From Chiloscyllium plagiosum (lineage: Eukaryota), in assembly GCF_004010195.1 (NCBI RefSeq), contig NC_057755.1, positions 8,131,082-8,193,081 on the forward strand: a stretch of DNA of 62,000 nt, written 5' to 3'. Shown here one piece after another: positions 12,427 to 26,500 of the stretch. The notes below the pieces were generated by a model. That model was not told the DNA's origin and did no database searches. It worked only from the letters and a program-made list of their open reading frames with translations. Position 1 is the first letter of the stretch. Every line of letters starts with the position of its first letter. A program made the translations under genes and the position numbers.

Positions 12427-13632
12427 TTTCTCCACGAATCCCTTTGTGCAGGCAATCTCTCTGTACGAAATGCCGAGGCATTATATGCCCAAACGCTTTC
12501 ATTTAGAACTGATGCATCTCCTGGGGACAGTCACGTCATTCAATTGTATTGATGCAGAGTTTGAGAAAACAGCTGACGACATTGAGATAACCCGAAGTTG
12601 CGACAGAACATGTTTCGAACTGAGGTTTACTGGATGATGCAAATCTCAATCGGACAATATCAAATATGGGAAAATACATCTTTGGTACTCAAAACTCAGG
12701 TGCCTAAAGTTCAACTCTCCCTTATTTACAATATTGTCCTTCCCTTGACTTTGACAAATTACGAATCGAACTAAGGTTGCTCAGTATCTCTCTGAGCGCT
12801 GTAGTCCTCAACACTGGCATGTGGCTTATCGATTTAGCAGCGGCTGTTCTGTGAAGAGATAATATTGTTTAATTGAGATGATGCATTGTCTGTGAAAACA
12901 AAATTAATATCACAATAGAATTCCTTGCTGTACACAATTGCGTCTCGATGCACAAATTAAAACAAAACTTTAATCAAGTCATATAACTCACTGAAAATAT
13001 ACTCTTCACAGTTGCATAAGCTTCAATAAATACAGATTCCCCTGCAAATTGAAACAGTTCTGGCGATTTTTCAGAGCTGACTCCTGGAATCACACACAAG
13101 CTGTACAGCAGCAGATGTGAGTTAATTTTTTTCGGTTCCCTACAGTATTATGGACATGTTCAGTGAAGAAAACTAAAACAACTGACCGATGAAGTGATGG
13201 GGTTGTGTGAATGGACATGGAGAGATGAGGCCAGGGAGGGATTTACAGTGGCAAGGATGCAGGAATGTAAAAAAACAGTATTGTTTAAGCTCGAGTCAAA
13301 TTTGTTAGCGAGCCCAAGTAGTGTTGGGGAACCGGGATTAGTGTCACAATTGGTAAGCTGCAGAAAACATAAAATGTGAATCAACATGTGTTTTTCATCT
13401 TTTCAAGGGGGGAGTTAGTGGGTGCCACGAGGAATATTAATCGAAACAAAACTATTTATAATTTCAGTCAATGACTGAAATGATGTGATCATATGTTTCA
13501 TTTTCTGAGAACAGACCATTAGATGAGACAGTAAAATAGAAGGACGGCACAGAAATCTTGAAAGTGGAGATACAGGTTCAGTGATTACGTGAGAAAAAAA
13601 TAATCTGTGCAACGTGAGATGGAGAAGTGATC

Positions 13633-13745
13633 ATTCCTGATGAATGGCTTGTGATCGAAACAGTGATTCTCCTGCTCCTTAGATGCTGCCTGACCGGTTG
13701 TGCACTATTCATTGTACTATCCAACGCCTGCAGTCCTCATTTCAT
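13633..13745 (+). mobile_element. Penelope-like pseudo-LTR remnant with degenerate hammerhead motif
   Basis: cattcctgatgaatggcttgtgatcgaaac..gatgctgcctgacc is homologous to 44412-44505. Confidence 0.6.
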
Positions 13746-14954
13746 CCTAGATTAATATGAAGGATTGTTCTTCATTTCAATCTTGAAAGGATCTCAGAGT
13801 ATTCTTAGATTTGTAGATAATCATCCTAGACCAAGTTCAAAAATCACCAAGAAGCTTTTCTGTGCAGTCGTGCCATCAATTTCCATTTTTCTCTTTCAAA
13901 GTTTACTCCTCACAATTTTTTCTAAAGTTCCTTTCACGCTTTCATCATTGAACCATTGTTATCCATCTTTCATTCTCTTAAATCTGTACTGCACTTAAAT
14001 GGACTTGGGCTCCATAGCCTCAATCTTTCTTGCCTTTCCCTGTTAATGAAGTCAATGCCGATGCTGCATGAACATCAAATGTTGTAATTGGGCAAACCTA
14101 AAATGGCTGACTGACGGACAGTTTCGGGATCATGAGTCCTGACTTGACAAACGTCAGAATGTTATGTTGTTTCAATAGTGCACCTGTTCACGGCAGTGAA
14201 GATTTCTCGTAACTGAACCAGGAAAGCACATCTGACTTCGTAGTCTGTTAAGATATGAGTGAAAGAGAACTCCCACATTCGACAGTTTATCAATTTATTC
14301 TTTAACTTGCAAAGTGGATGTTAAACAATAAGTAATCACAATCCTACGCTCCTCTTTCTCTGAACTGCTTATTATCCATCTTCAACTCTATAACAATGTA
14401 CTGTTTCAAATAAACACTTAAGAAACACATCAAATTAATTTCAATACCGAACAGTGGCTGTCACCTTTGATGCCTTTTTTCTTTTAGTTGCATGTATCCA
14501 TTGGTTGTCTACTTTCTAATTACTGTGAATATGGTTCATATGAAAAGGTATCATTGATAGAGAGTGTTTCAATATCTTCGGTCTTTCGAGATGGCAGTTA
14601 TTCTGTTTGATTTTCAAAGTGCCTTGGTTCAAGTTTAGTAATGCAATATATTCAAACACAATTCGGTTTTCGTATTCTGAGGCATAGTTTGAAATGATTG
14701 GTTAAATGCTAATTGTAGTCAAAATAGCAAATAAATCAGGTACCATTTCATAGTCAAATTTTCAATTTTCCAGTCCACTCCAAGACTGCTAGTTCGTCGT
14801 ATGACAGGTGCTTGGAAGTGCAGAACCACATTCACTCTCTCTTAATGGTTCAGCGCACGCCTTCAACTTAATAATATCTTCTTCATTTTTCCCCCAATTC
14901 TTAACCCGACTACAACGAAATACATAGTTCATAAATCTTAGTTCATATTAATTT

Positions 14955-14956
<2 letters not shown>

Positions 14957-15003
<47 letters not shown>
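14957..15003. repeat. (CA)n microsatellite
   Basis: Perfect CA run. Confidence 0.95.
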
Positions 15004-15005
<2 letters not shown>

Positions 15006-17593
15006 AGGAGTCGTTGACAAAATGTAGAGATCTTCAAGGAGTAGGTCATTTATTTGCAAACAAAAAACCGTGATGCTCAGAAAGCAATTTTGAATGCCCT
15101 CGAACCTCAGGGTCCATGACTCTTTATACGGTTTTTATCATGTTTTGTTAGTTTATCAGCATGCCTAACTGTGTTAATCAAATTACCTCATCCCAGTTAT
15201 ACAATAAACCGATGATGTCAGTTCCCATTATCTCTCTACTTCTGCCACTATATTTTTCCTACATTCTTCTTAATATTATTCTAATGTCACCATTAGATAT
15301 CTTACTGTCAAGGGCCTCAAGCAGGTTGAGTCTGCCTTAATCTTACTCTGATAATCGGTGTAGGAACATTCCACTATTCTTATCCCAACCTGCCATAATG
15401 ACCTTTTAACTAATGTTGCATTCCACAGACCCCTTGTAACCAATCGCCAGATTTCTTAATGCTTTATACGTTCCCATGCTTCCATGCTCTTCATTGTCCA
15501 TAACACACACAAACGCGCGCACACACACACGCACACACACATAACACAGACACACACACACATAACACACACACTCGTATCTGTGTATATGCACAACATC
15601 AGGATCAGTTCAATGTTATCTGTACTTTACCCATTAAATCTGAAATTATGTATCTGCTGTCACATTTTTATGAGCCTGAACATGCACAATTTGTAAATTA
15701 AAATTCTGTAAACTAAGTCTCATATTTTCGTCTTTAATTCATTTCAAAAACGTAAGAGCATTGTGATCAATGTACACGTCTGTTTCAAGACTTTGTTCAT
15801 CATATAACTATTAAAATGTTTTAATGCCTGTACCAAGCTCAACCATTCTGTTTCCATGATAGACTACTTTCTCTGGTGGGTGTTAAGTTTCTTTGAAAAG
15901 TAGCAGATTGACCATTCAATTCCATTATCATCTTCCTGTAGCTCCAACTGTATATCGTTAGCATAGACTGCAACTTTGAACATTATTTTTTTAAAGTGCT
16001 GTAGCTAAAGCAGGTGCCGTGTTTAATACTGCTTTCAAAATCTGAAATTCCTCCTGGCATTGTTCTGTCCATCTACATTTTTCATTCTTCTTTCGTGAAT
16101 CTGTTAGGGGTGACACCACACTACTGAGGTTTGGATCAATCTTCTGGCAGAATCCGCTTATTCCCAAAAATCGAAGTATATCTTTCATTGAGGATGGTCT
16201 TGGAATTTCTTCAATGGCCTTTGTGTTCACGTTTTATAGTGGTCAGCCTTCCGTGGCCTATGTTATGCCCTAAGAACATCATCTCTGCCTTCCGAAATGC
16301 TGTTTCCTTTAAGTTTACTCCAGTGTTGCCTGGATTATCGTTCAAAGTGATCTGCTGACTTTACCACGTGATATTTCTATCAATCACTAAAGATCAAAAC
16401 ATCATCCAGGTAAAATGCACAGTATGTTAACCCAGCGACAGCTGTGTTCCCAAGTCTTTGGAAGGTGACAGGTGTGTTCTTCACTCTAAAATTTATGACT
16501 TTGACGTAATATGGCAAATTTGGGGTTACAAATGCTGAAACTTCTTTCGCTTTCTCTGATCAAGGTACCTGCCTGTAACCACAGATTTTGTGATGTAAGT
16601 GGCTTGTCCAAATTTATCCATACAGCCCTCTAATCTTGGTATCAGGTATAACTCCGATTTTGTTATAGCGTTCACCTTCTGATGCGGCACAACAACTTTT
16701 TGTGGACATTATTAGGGAAATGCAAGAACGACAGAGGCTTGGGAGCCCAGGTCCATTTAAGTGCAGCACAGATTTTTGATAAAACAAAGCTGATTAACAA
16801 TGGCTAAAAGATGAGGGCGTGAAATTAACTTTAGAAAGATCTGAGGGATTACATTTTTGAAGACAAAAGTGGAAATTGATGGCATGGCTGCACAAGAAAG
16901 GCTTCTTGTATATAGACCACGCAACATTCTTGTGTCCCATTAAGTTTGGGACCTAATACGACTGCTGAACTCTGACTTGGTTTGATGATCCCTTCACTGA
17001 GCATCAAATCGACTTCCTGCTGGACAGCTCTGCTTTTGAAAGGATTAGATCGATAGGGGTGATGGTTTACTGGAATAATAGTCCGTAATGCAATCTCATG
17101 CACAATAGTAATAGCCGTCGCCATCTTGTTCCTGCAAGTGTAGTCATATCTCTGCAACAAACCATTCAACTCTTTTCTTTGGTCCTGAGACAGATATTTC
17201 ACGAACTTACCCAAATCCTCAAGGGCGTCCTTATTATTTAAATTATTTTGATAGTAACTAGCACGTGTTTCTCCATTTCCCTGTCTCTATCATAGTAAAG
17301 ATTCAACATATCCAAATGACAAACACGATACAGTTTTTCGTTTTGGTCCAGCATTTTACTAGATAGTTTTCTGACTCCGTTTGACAGGGACTAGTGATCA
17401 TAGCTTTGATGGGATCTCCTGAGACTGGTAAAAATAGTAATACGTCATCCCACAGAAAAACATCCGAATTTTAGCGTTTTATCTGCCATCTGCTTCATTC
17501 TATTCTGTACCCTCTTCAGGTGCGAAATCAAATATCAGTTTTAGTCTTTCCCTCACCTCCAATGCACAATACAAGTGTGAGATATCCAACCTT

Positions 17594-20490
17594 AGAACAT
17601 AGGACATAGAACAATACAGCGCAGAACAGGCCCTTCTGCCCTCGATGGTGTGCTAACCTGCGAAATGTTCTCAGCTCGTCCCCCTACACTATCCCAGAAT
17701 CACCCATGTGCTTATCTAAGGATTGTTTAAATCTCCCTAATGTGGCTGAGTTGACGACATTAGCAGATAGGGCACTCCACGCCCTGACCACTCTCTGCAT
17801 AAAGAACCTGCCACTGACATCTGCCTTAAATCTATCACCCCTCAATTTGTAGTTATACCCCCTCGTACACACTGACGGCATCATCCTAGGAAAAAGACTT
17901 TCACTCTCTACCCTATCTAATCCTCTGATATTCTTGTATGTCTCTATCAAATCCCCTCTTTGCCTTGTTCTTGCCAGTGAGAACAGATTCAAGTCCCTCA
18001 GCCTTTCCTCAAAAAACCTTCCCTCCAGACCAGGCAACATCCTGGTAAATCTCCTCTGCAACTTTTCCAATGCTTCCACATCCTTCGTGAAATATAGGGA
18101 CCAGGACTGTACACAATATTCCAAGTGTGGTCGCACCAGCGTTTTGTATAGTTGCAGCATGATATTCCGGCTACGGAGCTCAATCCCTCTTCCAATGAAA
18201 CCTAACACACTACATGACTCCTCAACGCACTTTCAACCTGGGTGACAACTTTCAGGGATCCCGGTGCATGGACTCCAAGAACCCTCTGCACATCCACACT
18301 ACCAAGAATCTTTCCATTCACTCAGTGTTCTGCCTTCCTGTTATACTTCCCAAAGTGCATCACCTCATACTTAGCTGCATTGAACTCTATCTGCCACCTC
18401 TCAGCCCAATTCTGCAGTTTATCCAAGTTCCTCTGCAACCTGTAACATTCTTCCACAGTGTCCACTACTCCACCGACTTTAGTGTCGTCTGCAAATTTGC
18501 TAATCCATCCACCTATGCCTGCATCGAAGCCATTTATAAAAATGACAAACAGCTGTGGCCCAAAACAGATCCTTGTGGCACACCACTATAACCGGACTCC
18601 ATTCTGAATATTTTCCATCAACCACCACTCGCTGCCTTCTTCCAGAAAGCCAGTTTCTAATCCAAGCTGCTAAATCGCCCTCAATTCCATGCCTCTGCAT
18701 TTTCTCCAACAGCCTACCATGTGGAACCTTATCAAAGGCTTTACTGAAGTCCATGTATCCCACTTCAACTGCCGTACCCTCATCTACATTCTTGGTCACC
18801 TTCTCAAGAAACGCAATGAGGTTTGTGAGACACGACCTGCCCTTGACAAAACTATGTTGTCTATCTGAAATCAAATTGTTGCTTGTTAGATGATTATAAA
18901 TCTTATCTCTTAAAGTCCTTTCCAAAACCTTACAACAGAAGTAAGGCTCACTAGTCTATAATTACTTGGATCATCTCTACTGCCCTTCTTGAAGAAGGGT
19001 ACAACATTTGAAATCCTCCAGTCCTCTGGTACCAAACTGGTAGACAATGACAGTCTCAAATTTCAAAGCCAAATCTCTGCTATCTCCTCCGTAGCTTCCC
19101 AGAGAATCCTCGGATATATCCCATCCGGCACAGTGGGCTTGTCTAATTTCACTCCTTCTAAAATTGATAACACCTGTTGGTAACTAACGTTGATCCTTTC
19201 TAGCCCAATATCTCGTACCACATCCTTCTCCTCAACAATATTCACCTTTTCCTGAGTGAAATCCGAGGGGAAATGTTCGTTTAGCACCTCTCTGGTTTCC
19301 ACAGGGTCCACACTCAACTTCCCACTTATGTCTTTGATTGGCCCTATTTCTACCGTAATCATCCTTTTATTCCTCACATACCTATAACAAGCTTTAGGGT
19401 TCTCCTTTATTCTATTTGCTAAAGACTGCTCGTGTCCTCTCTTTGCTCTTCTTATCTCTCTTTTTAAATCCTTCGCAGCTGATCTGTAACTCTCCATTGC
19501 CTCATCTGAAACATATTGTCTCATCAACACATAAGCCTCCTTCTTCTTCGTAAAAAGAGATGACGTTTCTGTTGTAAAAAACGGTTCCCTCACATTATCA
19601 CATCCTCCCATACCTCACAGGGACATACCCATCAAGGACACGCAATACCTGTCCTTAAACCAGTTCTACATTTCCATTGTCTGCATCCCCTGCATTTTGC
19701 TACCCCATTCTATGCATCCTAATTCTTGCCTAATCGCATTATAATTACCCCTGCCCCATCGATAACTCTTGAACTCTGGCATGTATCTATCCCTTTCCAT
19801 CGTCAAACGAAACGTAACTGACTTATGGTCACACCCACCAAAGTTCTCACCTATAACTAAATCAAACACCTGGCCTGGTTCATTACAAAGCACCCCCCCT
19901 CGTGTCGGCCCTTCGACACCCTGTGCCAGGAAACTCTCCTGTACACATTGGACAAAAACTGATCCAACCCTCTGACTGGAAATGCTATAACTCCAGTACA
20001 TGTTGGGGAAGTTAAAGTCCCCCATAATGACTATCCTGTGCCTTTAACTACATCCCAGAATAATTTTGCTAATCCTCTCTTCCATCTCCCTGGAACTCTG
20101 TAAGGTCTATAAAACACTCTGAGCAGTGTGACCTCTCCTCTCCTCTCCTGTTTCGAACCTCAACCCGCACTACCTCAATGACGAATCCTCATCAAAAGTT
20201 CTCTCAGACACTGTTATGCTCTCCTTGATGAACAAGGCCACGCCTCCCCCTATTTTACCGCCTTGCCTGTTCTTAATTAAAGATCTAAACCCTGGAATCT
20301 GCAACATCGATTCCTCACCCTGCTCTATCCACGTCTCCGAAATGGCCACAACATTGAAGTCCCAGATACCAATCCATGCTCGCCTACGTTACTTCGGATA
20401 CTTCTGGCGTTGACATAAACACACTTCAAACCACTTCGCTGTCTGTCAGCACATTCCTGTGACCCCGAAATCCTGTCCCTGTCCTTGGTC
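17594..20490 (-). mobile_element. CR1 LINE (most of ORF2) inserted in the Gypsy integrase
   Basis: LKCVYVNARS near 20430, MGDFNFP, YMDFSKAFDKVPH and LVRPHLEYCVQ, with a (CATAGAA)-type tail at 17594. Gypsy integrase sequence continues on both sides. Confidence 0.9.
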
Positions 20491-23400
20491 CTGTCAGTTT
20501 TTCTTTAATTAATTTCAGAGGCATCTCACTTCATCTCCGAATATTAACTCTAAGGGTGTAAACTGAATAGATTTATTTGGGTCACCACTCAGTGCAAACA
20601 AGACAAATAGAATGCCTTTATATCAACATTCGGGTCATGCTCACAGTACGCTCTTAACATTGTCTTCAGGGCTTGATGTCACCTTTTCAAAGCTCCCTGG
20701 GATTAAGGATAGTACGCCCTTGATTTAAAGTGCTGTATGCCTAAGCTATTCGTGACTTCCTTGATCAGCCTCGCAGTAAAATTAGACCTGTAGTCTGACT
20801 GAATCTCTCTAGGTAGTCCCTAACACGTGATGAAACTATTGACTCCCGTACCAATTTTTTGTATTAATACTCGGAAATGCAATTGTCTCTGGAAATCTCC
20901 GGTATATACAGCCTTTATGGTTAGCAATTATTGCTTCCCACTGTTAGTTTTAAGAAGGGGACTTACACAATGAATCATAAGCTGTGTGAAAATTTCTTGG
21001 AATAGGGCAATTGGCAGGAATTCCATTATAACTTGCACTATCACCATTGATTTATACTCTCTTACCACATATTTTCCCACAGTTCATTTCTTTAACGACC
21101 AGAAATGCTACTTTCCATTCCTACTTTACCCAACTCGAAACACCCAAGGCCATTCAGCTCCTTTTCATATTATTGGGATTCTTTTTTCACCTGTGGTGAA
21201 CTATTACCAGTGTGCTCTACCTTTTGTTTTGCAGTGTGGCATCTCCAATTCTCCAAATTTCTACTCATCACAGCATGAATTTCTTGTCAGGAGCTAAATA
21301 TTGACTTATGCACCAATGCATATGCGTCTTTAATCTCTGCCTATCTTCTCACTTCTTGAACTTTCTTTTCATCCACATGAATTCTTGTCAACTCTGGAAG
21401 TAGGTTTTTAAACTCCCCCAACAGAATTGCCTCTCGCAAAACCTCATTTGTCTCATCTATTTCTTAGGCCCGCATCAATCTAATCAAATTACAATGTTTA
21501 ATTCTTTCAAACTCAGAATAAGCTTGACTCGTCCCTTCTTTATGTTTCTGAGCCGCAGATTATACGATTCTGTTACTAACTCATTAGCACGCAAAATAGC
21601 CTGTTTCATATCTGCAAGATCTATTGATCCCTGATCTGACTGCGCTGCAAATACCTCACTAGTTCTGCTGACCAGCTTAGAGTGAACAAGCATTACAGAG
21701 AAGTTCACTGACCATTCTGTCTGCCCAGCTAATTTTTCAAATGAAACAAAGAAGGCTTCGAAATGTTTCTCATCGAAGCTTGACAATGTTTTATCACATT
21801 TGTAACCATCAGTACATTCAGTTTTCATCTCCACCCGAATAAATTGATTTTTCTGACAAATTCGCAAACTGTGAAGTTCAAATTCTACCACTCTTTCGCT
21901 TCTTTCTCTCACTTCTTTTTCTTGTCTCTGTCTTTCTTCTTTCTCTTTCTCTCTCTGTTTCTTCTATCTTTCATTCTTCTCTCCATCTCTTTGCTCAGCT
22001 GATAATCTTTATCTCTCCTTCCTTTTCATATTTCTCTCCTTTACTTCATTCTCTCATTATCTCTCGCTTTCTTCTCTCTTGGCACTTCTTATCATTTTGT
22101 TATCTTCTCACTTCATTTGCCTCAATTGCGATTGAAGTTTTTCTAACTGTACTGCACTTGTCTGTTTCTATGATCCACCTCAGTGCTCGGCTAACTTCAT
22201 TCCATTTTCAGTTTTCCTTTTGTCGCTGGTTAGTCCCAATTCAAAACTATTGGTCAGTTCTGAAATTTATGGCCTTTTACTCTCTTTCTAGACTTTCGGG
22301 GAAATTTGGGAAATCGTTTTCAAACTCCAGAATCTCTAGAAATCTCTCTCACTTTTAATTTGACGGACCATAATTAACCAAAATTAAGTGAAATGTCTCA
22401 GCTACGTTTTATTTAAACATTTTGGATCAAGTCAAAATATAAGTGAAAGAGAACTCCCAAACTGTACTAATTAAAGAAAATAACATGTATTTATTCTTTT
22501 ACTCTGAAAGTGAACATTAAACAACAAACTATTAAAAGATCTAAACTCCCTTTCACTTAGCTGCTTATTTTCTTCCTCCAACTCTAACGCAATATACTGT
22601 TCTAATAAAATACTTACTGAAATAACAACTTTATTTGAAACCCACACATCGGCTGTCGTGCTTGGTGTCTTTCATTCTTTAGCTGTAGTTCTCCCTGTTT
22701 CGTCTTCTTTATTTTACTGTGAATATATTTCATATGAAAATATGTCGCTGAGAGTGTGTTTTAATGTCAATTTTTTTTTCCTGGATAGCAGTTACTCTGT
22801 CTGACTTTCAAAATGCCAAGCATTTCTACGTCCGTAACATCGGATTGTCCCATTCAATCAAGGTTGGCTAATCAATAAATTCAAATGCAAATGGATTTCA
22901 GTACCTTGAGGTAAGTATAAACTGATTGGTTAAATTCAAATTATTCTCAAAAGAACGACTGGCGCAGCTGTCCATTTTATAGCTTTATGTGACATATTTT
23001 TTAGTTTGTCAGCACACTCTAAGACTGCTAGCTAGTCTTATGACAGATGCTTTTAAGTTGTTTTTGCAAAACAGCATTCACTCGACCTAAAAGGTACAGT
23101 AGACGTCATTATAGTCGACAGTGATATGTAAATTCATGTATCTGGAATAAATCAGATATTCATTTCTCTGTTGCAACAATAAAACAGGAAAGCGCCAAGT
23201 TTATTTGAAGAATGCACCGTCACTCGGACTTTTCAACAAGCAGCACAATAACGGTTGGCTGATGTTGAGATGGGCACTACTTGTAGGATCCTTCATGTAC
23301 ATCAGTACTCTTCACACCACCTCACGATGACATCGAAGTGGCTACGTGAGTGTAGAGATGCCATACATCTTCTGTTAAAATGTGCCTTTGCAAAGTAAGA

Positions 23401-25270
23401 CTGGAGAAATTTCAAAAACTGTACTTTTGTCAAGGTTCGTTCCACAATAATCTGTGCAGTAATCTGAGCTGTTCAGGCTGTTTTCCTGGATGCAGGCCAA
23501 GAAAATGTTGATCAGGTTTTTAGGACAAACAAAGGTGCTCTTTGCTCTACCAGAAATTTCTTGCGACTCTAGATCAAGGAGTTGGCTTCGAAATCGTATA
23601 GCTAACTATCACAAATTTCAGGTCTATATGTTCAGGGATGCAATAAAGCTCGGACAGCCGCAACCAAAGCAGAATATGAAAAGACCAACAGCTGAGTTCT
23701 TTGTGTTGAAGATAAATGGACGTCCGTTCAGGTAACTAACCTCCAGAGGCTTTAATTATGTGTCCACTTAATCTTGAGCAAGTCAGTAATGCTTTTGCTT
23801 TGTTTGCTGGATGCCATGAATCTTCATTTCATTTTTGTTTCATCATATGTGACTGCAAAGAAACAAAGTACTTCAGCGCCAACTTACAGATGTGATTTCT
23901 TAATTGAATAAAGCATATATTGAAGTTAAAGAAAACAACAGTGTCTCAGCCATCGCTTTTAAGAGAAATTAGGAGCTTTACCTGATCCAAAGAAGAGATA
24001 GATAAAATGGTGAGAAAAAAATTCAAGTCTGTATTCTTGGTGCAGTTCAGAATTCAAGATAAAAAGGACTAAAATGTTGGTCAAGACTGGAAAAAAATCT
24101 AACATGAAAACAAAAGTGTTGGGTATATATATAAAAAAAGTGACTGTAAAGGTTTCCAACGATATTTGAAAAAAAAAAATTCTATGATTTCTTATGTCAA
24201 ATGCGAATCTCTTAAAATCAGATATGAGTAAAATTGTAACTGGAAAGGACAAAGGAAATGGTCGAAAAAAAATTAACATACATTGCGGTTTTCTCTTCAC
24301 AAACATTGTGAATTTCAATAATGTTGTGTAGCCAAGGCATCTGTTAGAGGGTATAATTCACCAAAATCACTTCATTAAAAATATATATATTTTGAGGAAA
24401 TTGATGAGTTTAAATGATGACAAAACCTCCCGAGTGTGATAACTCCCAACACAAAAGTACTAAGAATGCTGCTGGAGAAAATATTGGATCAAATGATCAC
24501 CTTCCAAAATGCTGCAGCCACTGGAGAAATTCCTATGACAAGGAGGGTAGTAAGAGGAAGCGCTCTATTGAAAAACAGATGGAAAAAAGAGAATGACAGA
24601 ACATGTATCCTAATAGTAGTGGCAAATGCTCGAGTCTGTGGTTAAAATCAGGAAAGCAAGAAAATGATTAGATAGAAAGAGAAATACATTACACTCACAG
24701 CAAAACCACCTCCCACCTCCCCACTCACCATTTACACTCAATCCCTCGCACTCAGAGTCGTACTGAAGTATGGGAACACACATATACACTGATATATTAA
24801 TGAACCCACATCTTCCTACTCACAGACGGAAGTTCAGTCACAATGAGCTCAGCTGCAAGGAACAAAAGCTTATTCATGCACAAACCCATTTGCCAGTATG
24901 TAAAAGCATTTTGTTTAATCTGTCTCAGGAGAAATACATTTAAAGTTAATTATCATCTTCAGATAAAAACCGAAACCTAATAGTTATTCACTCAAGAAAA
25001 CCAAAGTGAATACCTGACTTCATTTCACGAAAATGTTGTCCGATTGAAATGGAGATATCTAGAAGTTTGCAGAATGAAATGAAATACCGAGTGGAAAGTT
25101 CAATTGCCCAGGCAAGCTACAAAGGCATGTGTACTCTGAGACTAGATCACCGATCATTTACCTGTTTGTGAGAGTGGCTACAAATGCTCATGTCAAGTTG
25201 TCAATTGCAGAGTGAAACCGCAGGGAATCCTCAGACAGATTTACACAAATTCAATGATGCAACCAATCAC

Positions 25271-25337
25271 CAGGAATTGTTACAATCAGAAGGACTGTGT
25301 AAAATATATTTTGTGCATTCTGAATTGGAAGATCTAT
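25271..25337 (-). pseudogene. GPR139-like unit B orphan exon 1 (start codon mutated to ATA)
   Basis: 67 nt reading (I)DLPIQNAQNIFYTVLLIVTIP+G|GTGATT, paralogous to 12360-12426 and 46854-46920. No cognate exon 2 was found. Confidence 0.8.
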
Positions 25338-25744
25338 TTTCTGCACGAATTGTTTTGTTCAGGCAATCTATCTCTGTAAGTATAAATGAGGTAAATATTT
25401 CCCAAAGCATTTCCTTTGTACTTGCTCTCATTGACTTGGGAACATTCACAGTGCACTCCAATTGATTTTCAAGAATTTGAACAAACAAATGATGACAGTC
25501 AGCTAAATCGCAGTTGTGACAGAACATTTTCTTCGAAATTTATTGGATTATACGAATCTCATTCGATTAATAAAATCATTGAAAATGCATTTACACCACC
25601 ATTGATACCGAACACCATCCACCCCATGTTGAGGTCTCATTTTTTTTTATATATCGTCCTTTTCTTGACTCTTACAGTTTGGGAACAATAATCTGGTTCT
25701 TTAGTTTCTCTCTGAGAAGTGTTTTTCTCAACAAAGGCTCTGTT

Positions 25745-26500
25745 TAATAGTGTTAAAATCACACACAACACAAGGCTTATTTGCAAGTTTCAGCTGTCAA
25801 GGCGTTGCTCCTTCATCAGGTAACGAGTGGGGCAAAATATAACAATATCATGCAACTGAAACATTGTATTGAATAAACCTGAATTTCTATTAAGTCTTTC
25901 ATCTTTTAGTATGGGTTTCAGGTTTGAATTTTTAATATGTGAATCCTAGAATTTCTTTTTCATATTCTCGACATAACTTAAGTCTTTATTTAAAAAGTAA
26001 CATCTCAGCTCAGACAATACATTAAAGGTGTGAGGTCATAGTCTGTCTGTATTCCAATCTTGAGCCAGAACACTTCCTTTGCCAAAGTAGCAATTTATAA
26101 AATGTTATATGCATTGACTGGCTGTGTGTGTGCGCGCGCATGTGTGAGAGAGAAAATTAGTGAATGTGACAGCGTATGTGTGATGTGTGAGTATGCGTGA
26201 GACTGAGCGCTTGCATGCGTGTATGCTTGGTTGAGTGTGTACGTGACCATGGCAGAGTATAAGCCTGTGAGAGGGTGTGTGCGTGGGTGTGAGTGATTTG
26301 TTAAATATTTCGTTTCAATAGAATGACACTGAGATCATTTGCTTTAAATTCTGTGTCTTATGATCCTGCACCACGAGTTACCTGCTGAAAGAGCACCGCT
26401 ATGAAAGCTAATGCTTCCAAATAAATCTGTTAGATGACAACCCGGTGTTGTGGGATTTTAATCTTGTCCAGCCCAGTCCAACACGGGCAGCTTCACATCC
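25745..26500. mobile_element. Non-autonomous Penelope-derived element with inverted termini
   Basis: Starts gttaaaatcacac..ctccttcatcagg and ends cctgctgaa..gaaagcta..tgtccagcccagtccaacac. Same family as 47335-48190 and 61672-61878. Confidence 0.65.

Larger units (their letters stand above)
14260..23110 (-). mobile_element. Near full-length degraded Gypsy LTR retrotransposon, Gmr1-like order gag-(PR)-INT-RT-RH, LTRs about 14260-14876 and 22430-23110
   Basis: Two diverged direct repeats (gtgaaagagaactccca.., aagactgctag..tatgacag). gag FDEKHFEAFFVSFEKLA (21484-21912), integrase core about 20500-20900, RT about 16300-17200, ILRFLGISGF (15991-16230) and RNase H about 15700-15980. PPT is adjacent to 14877. 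Confidence 0.85.
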
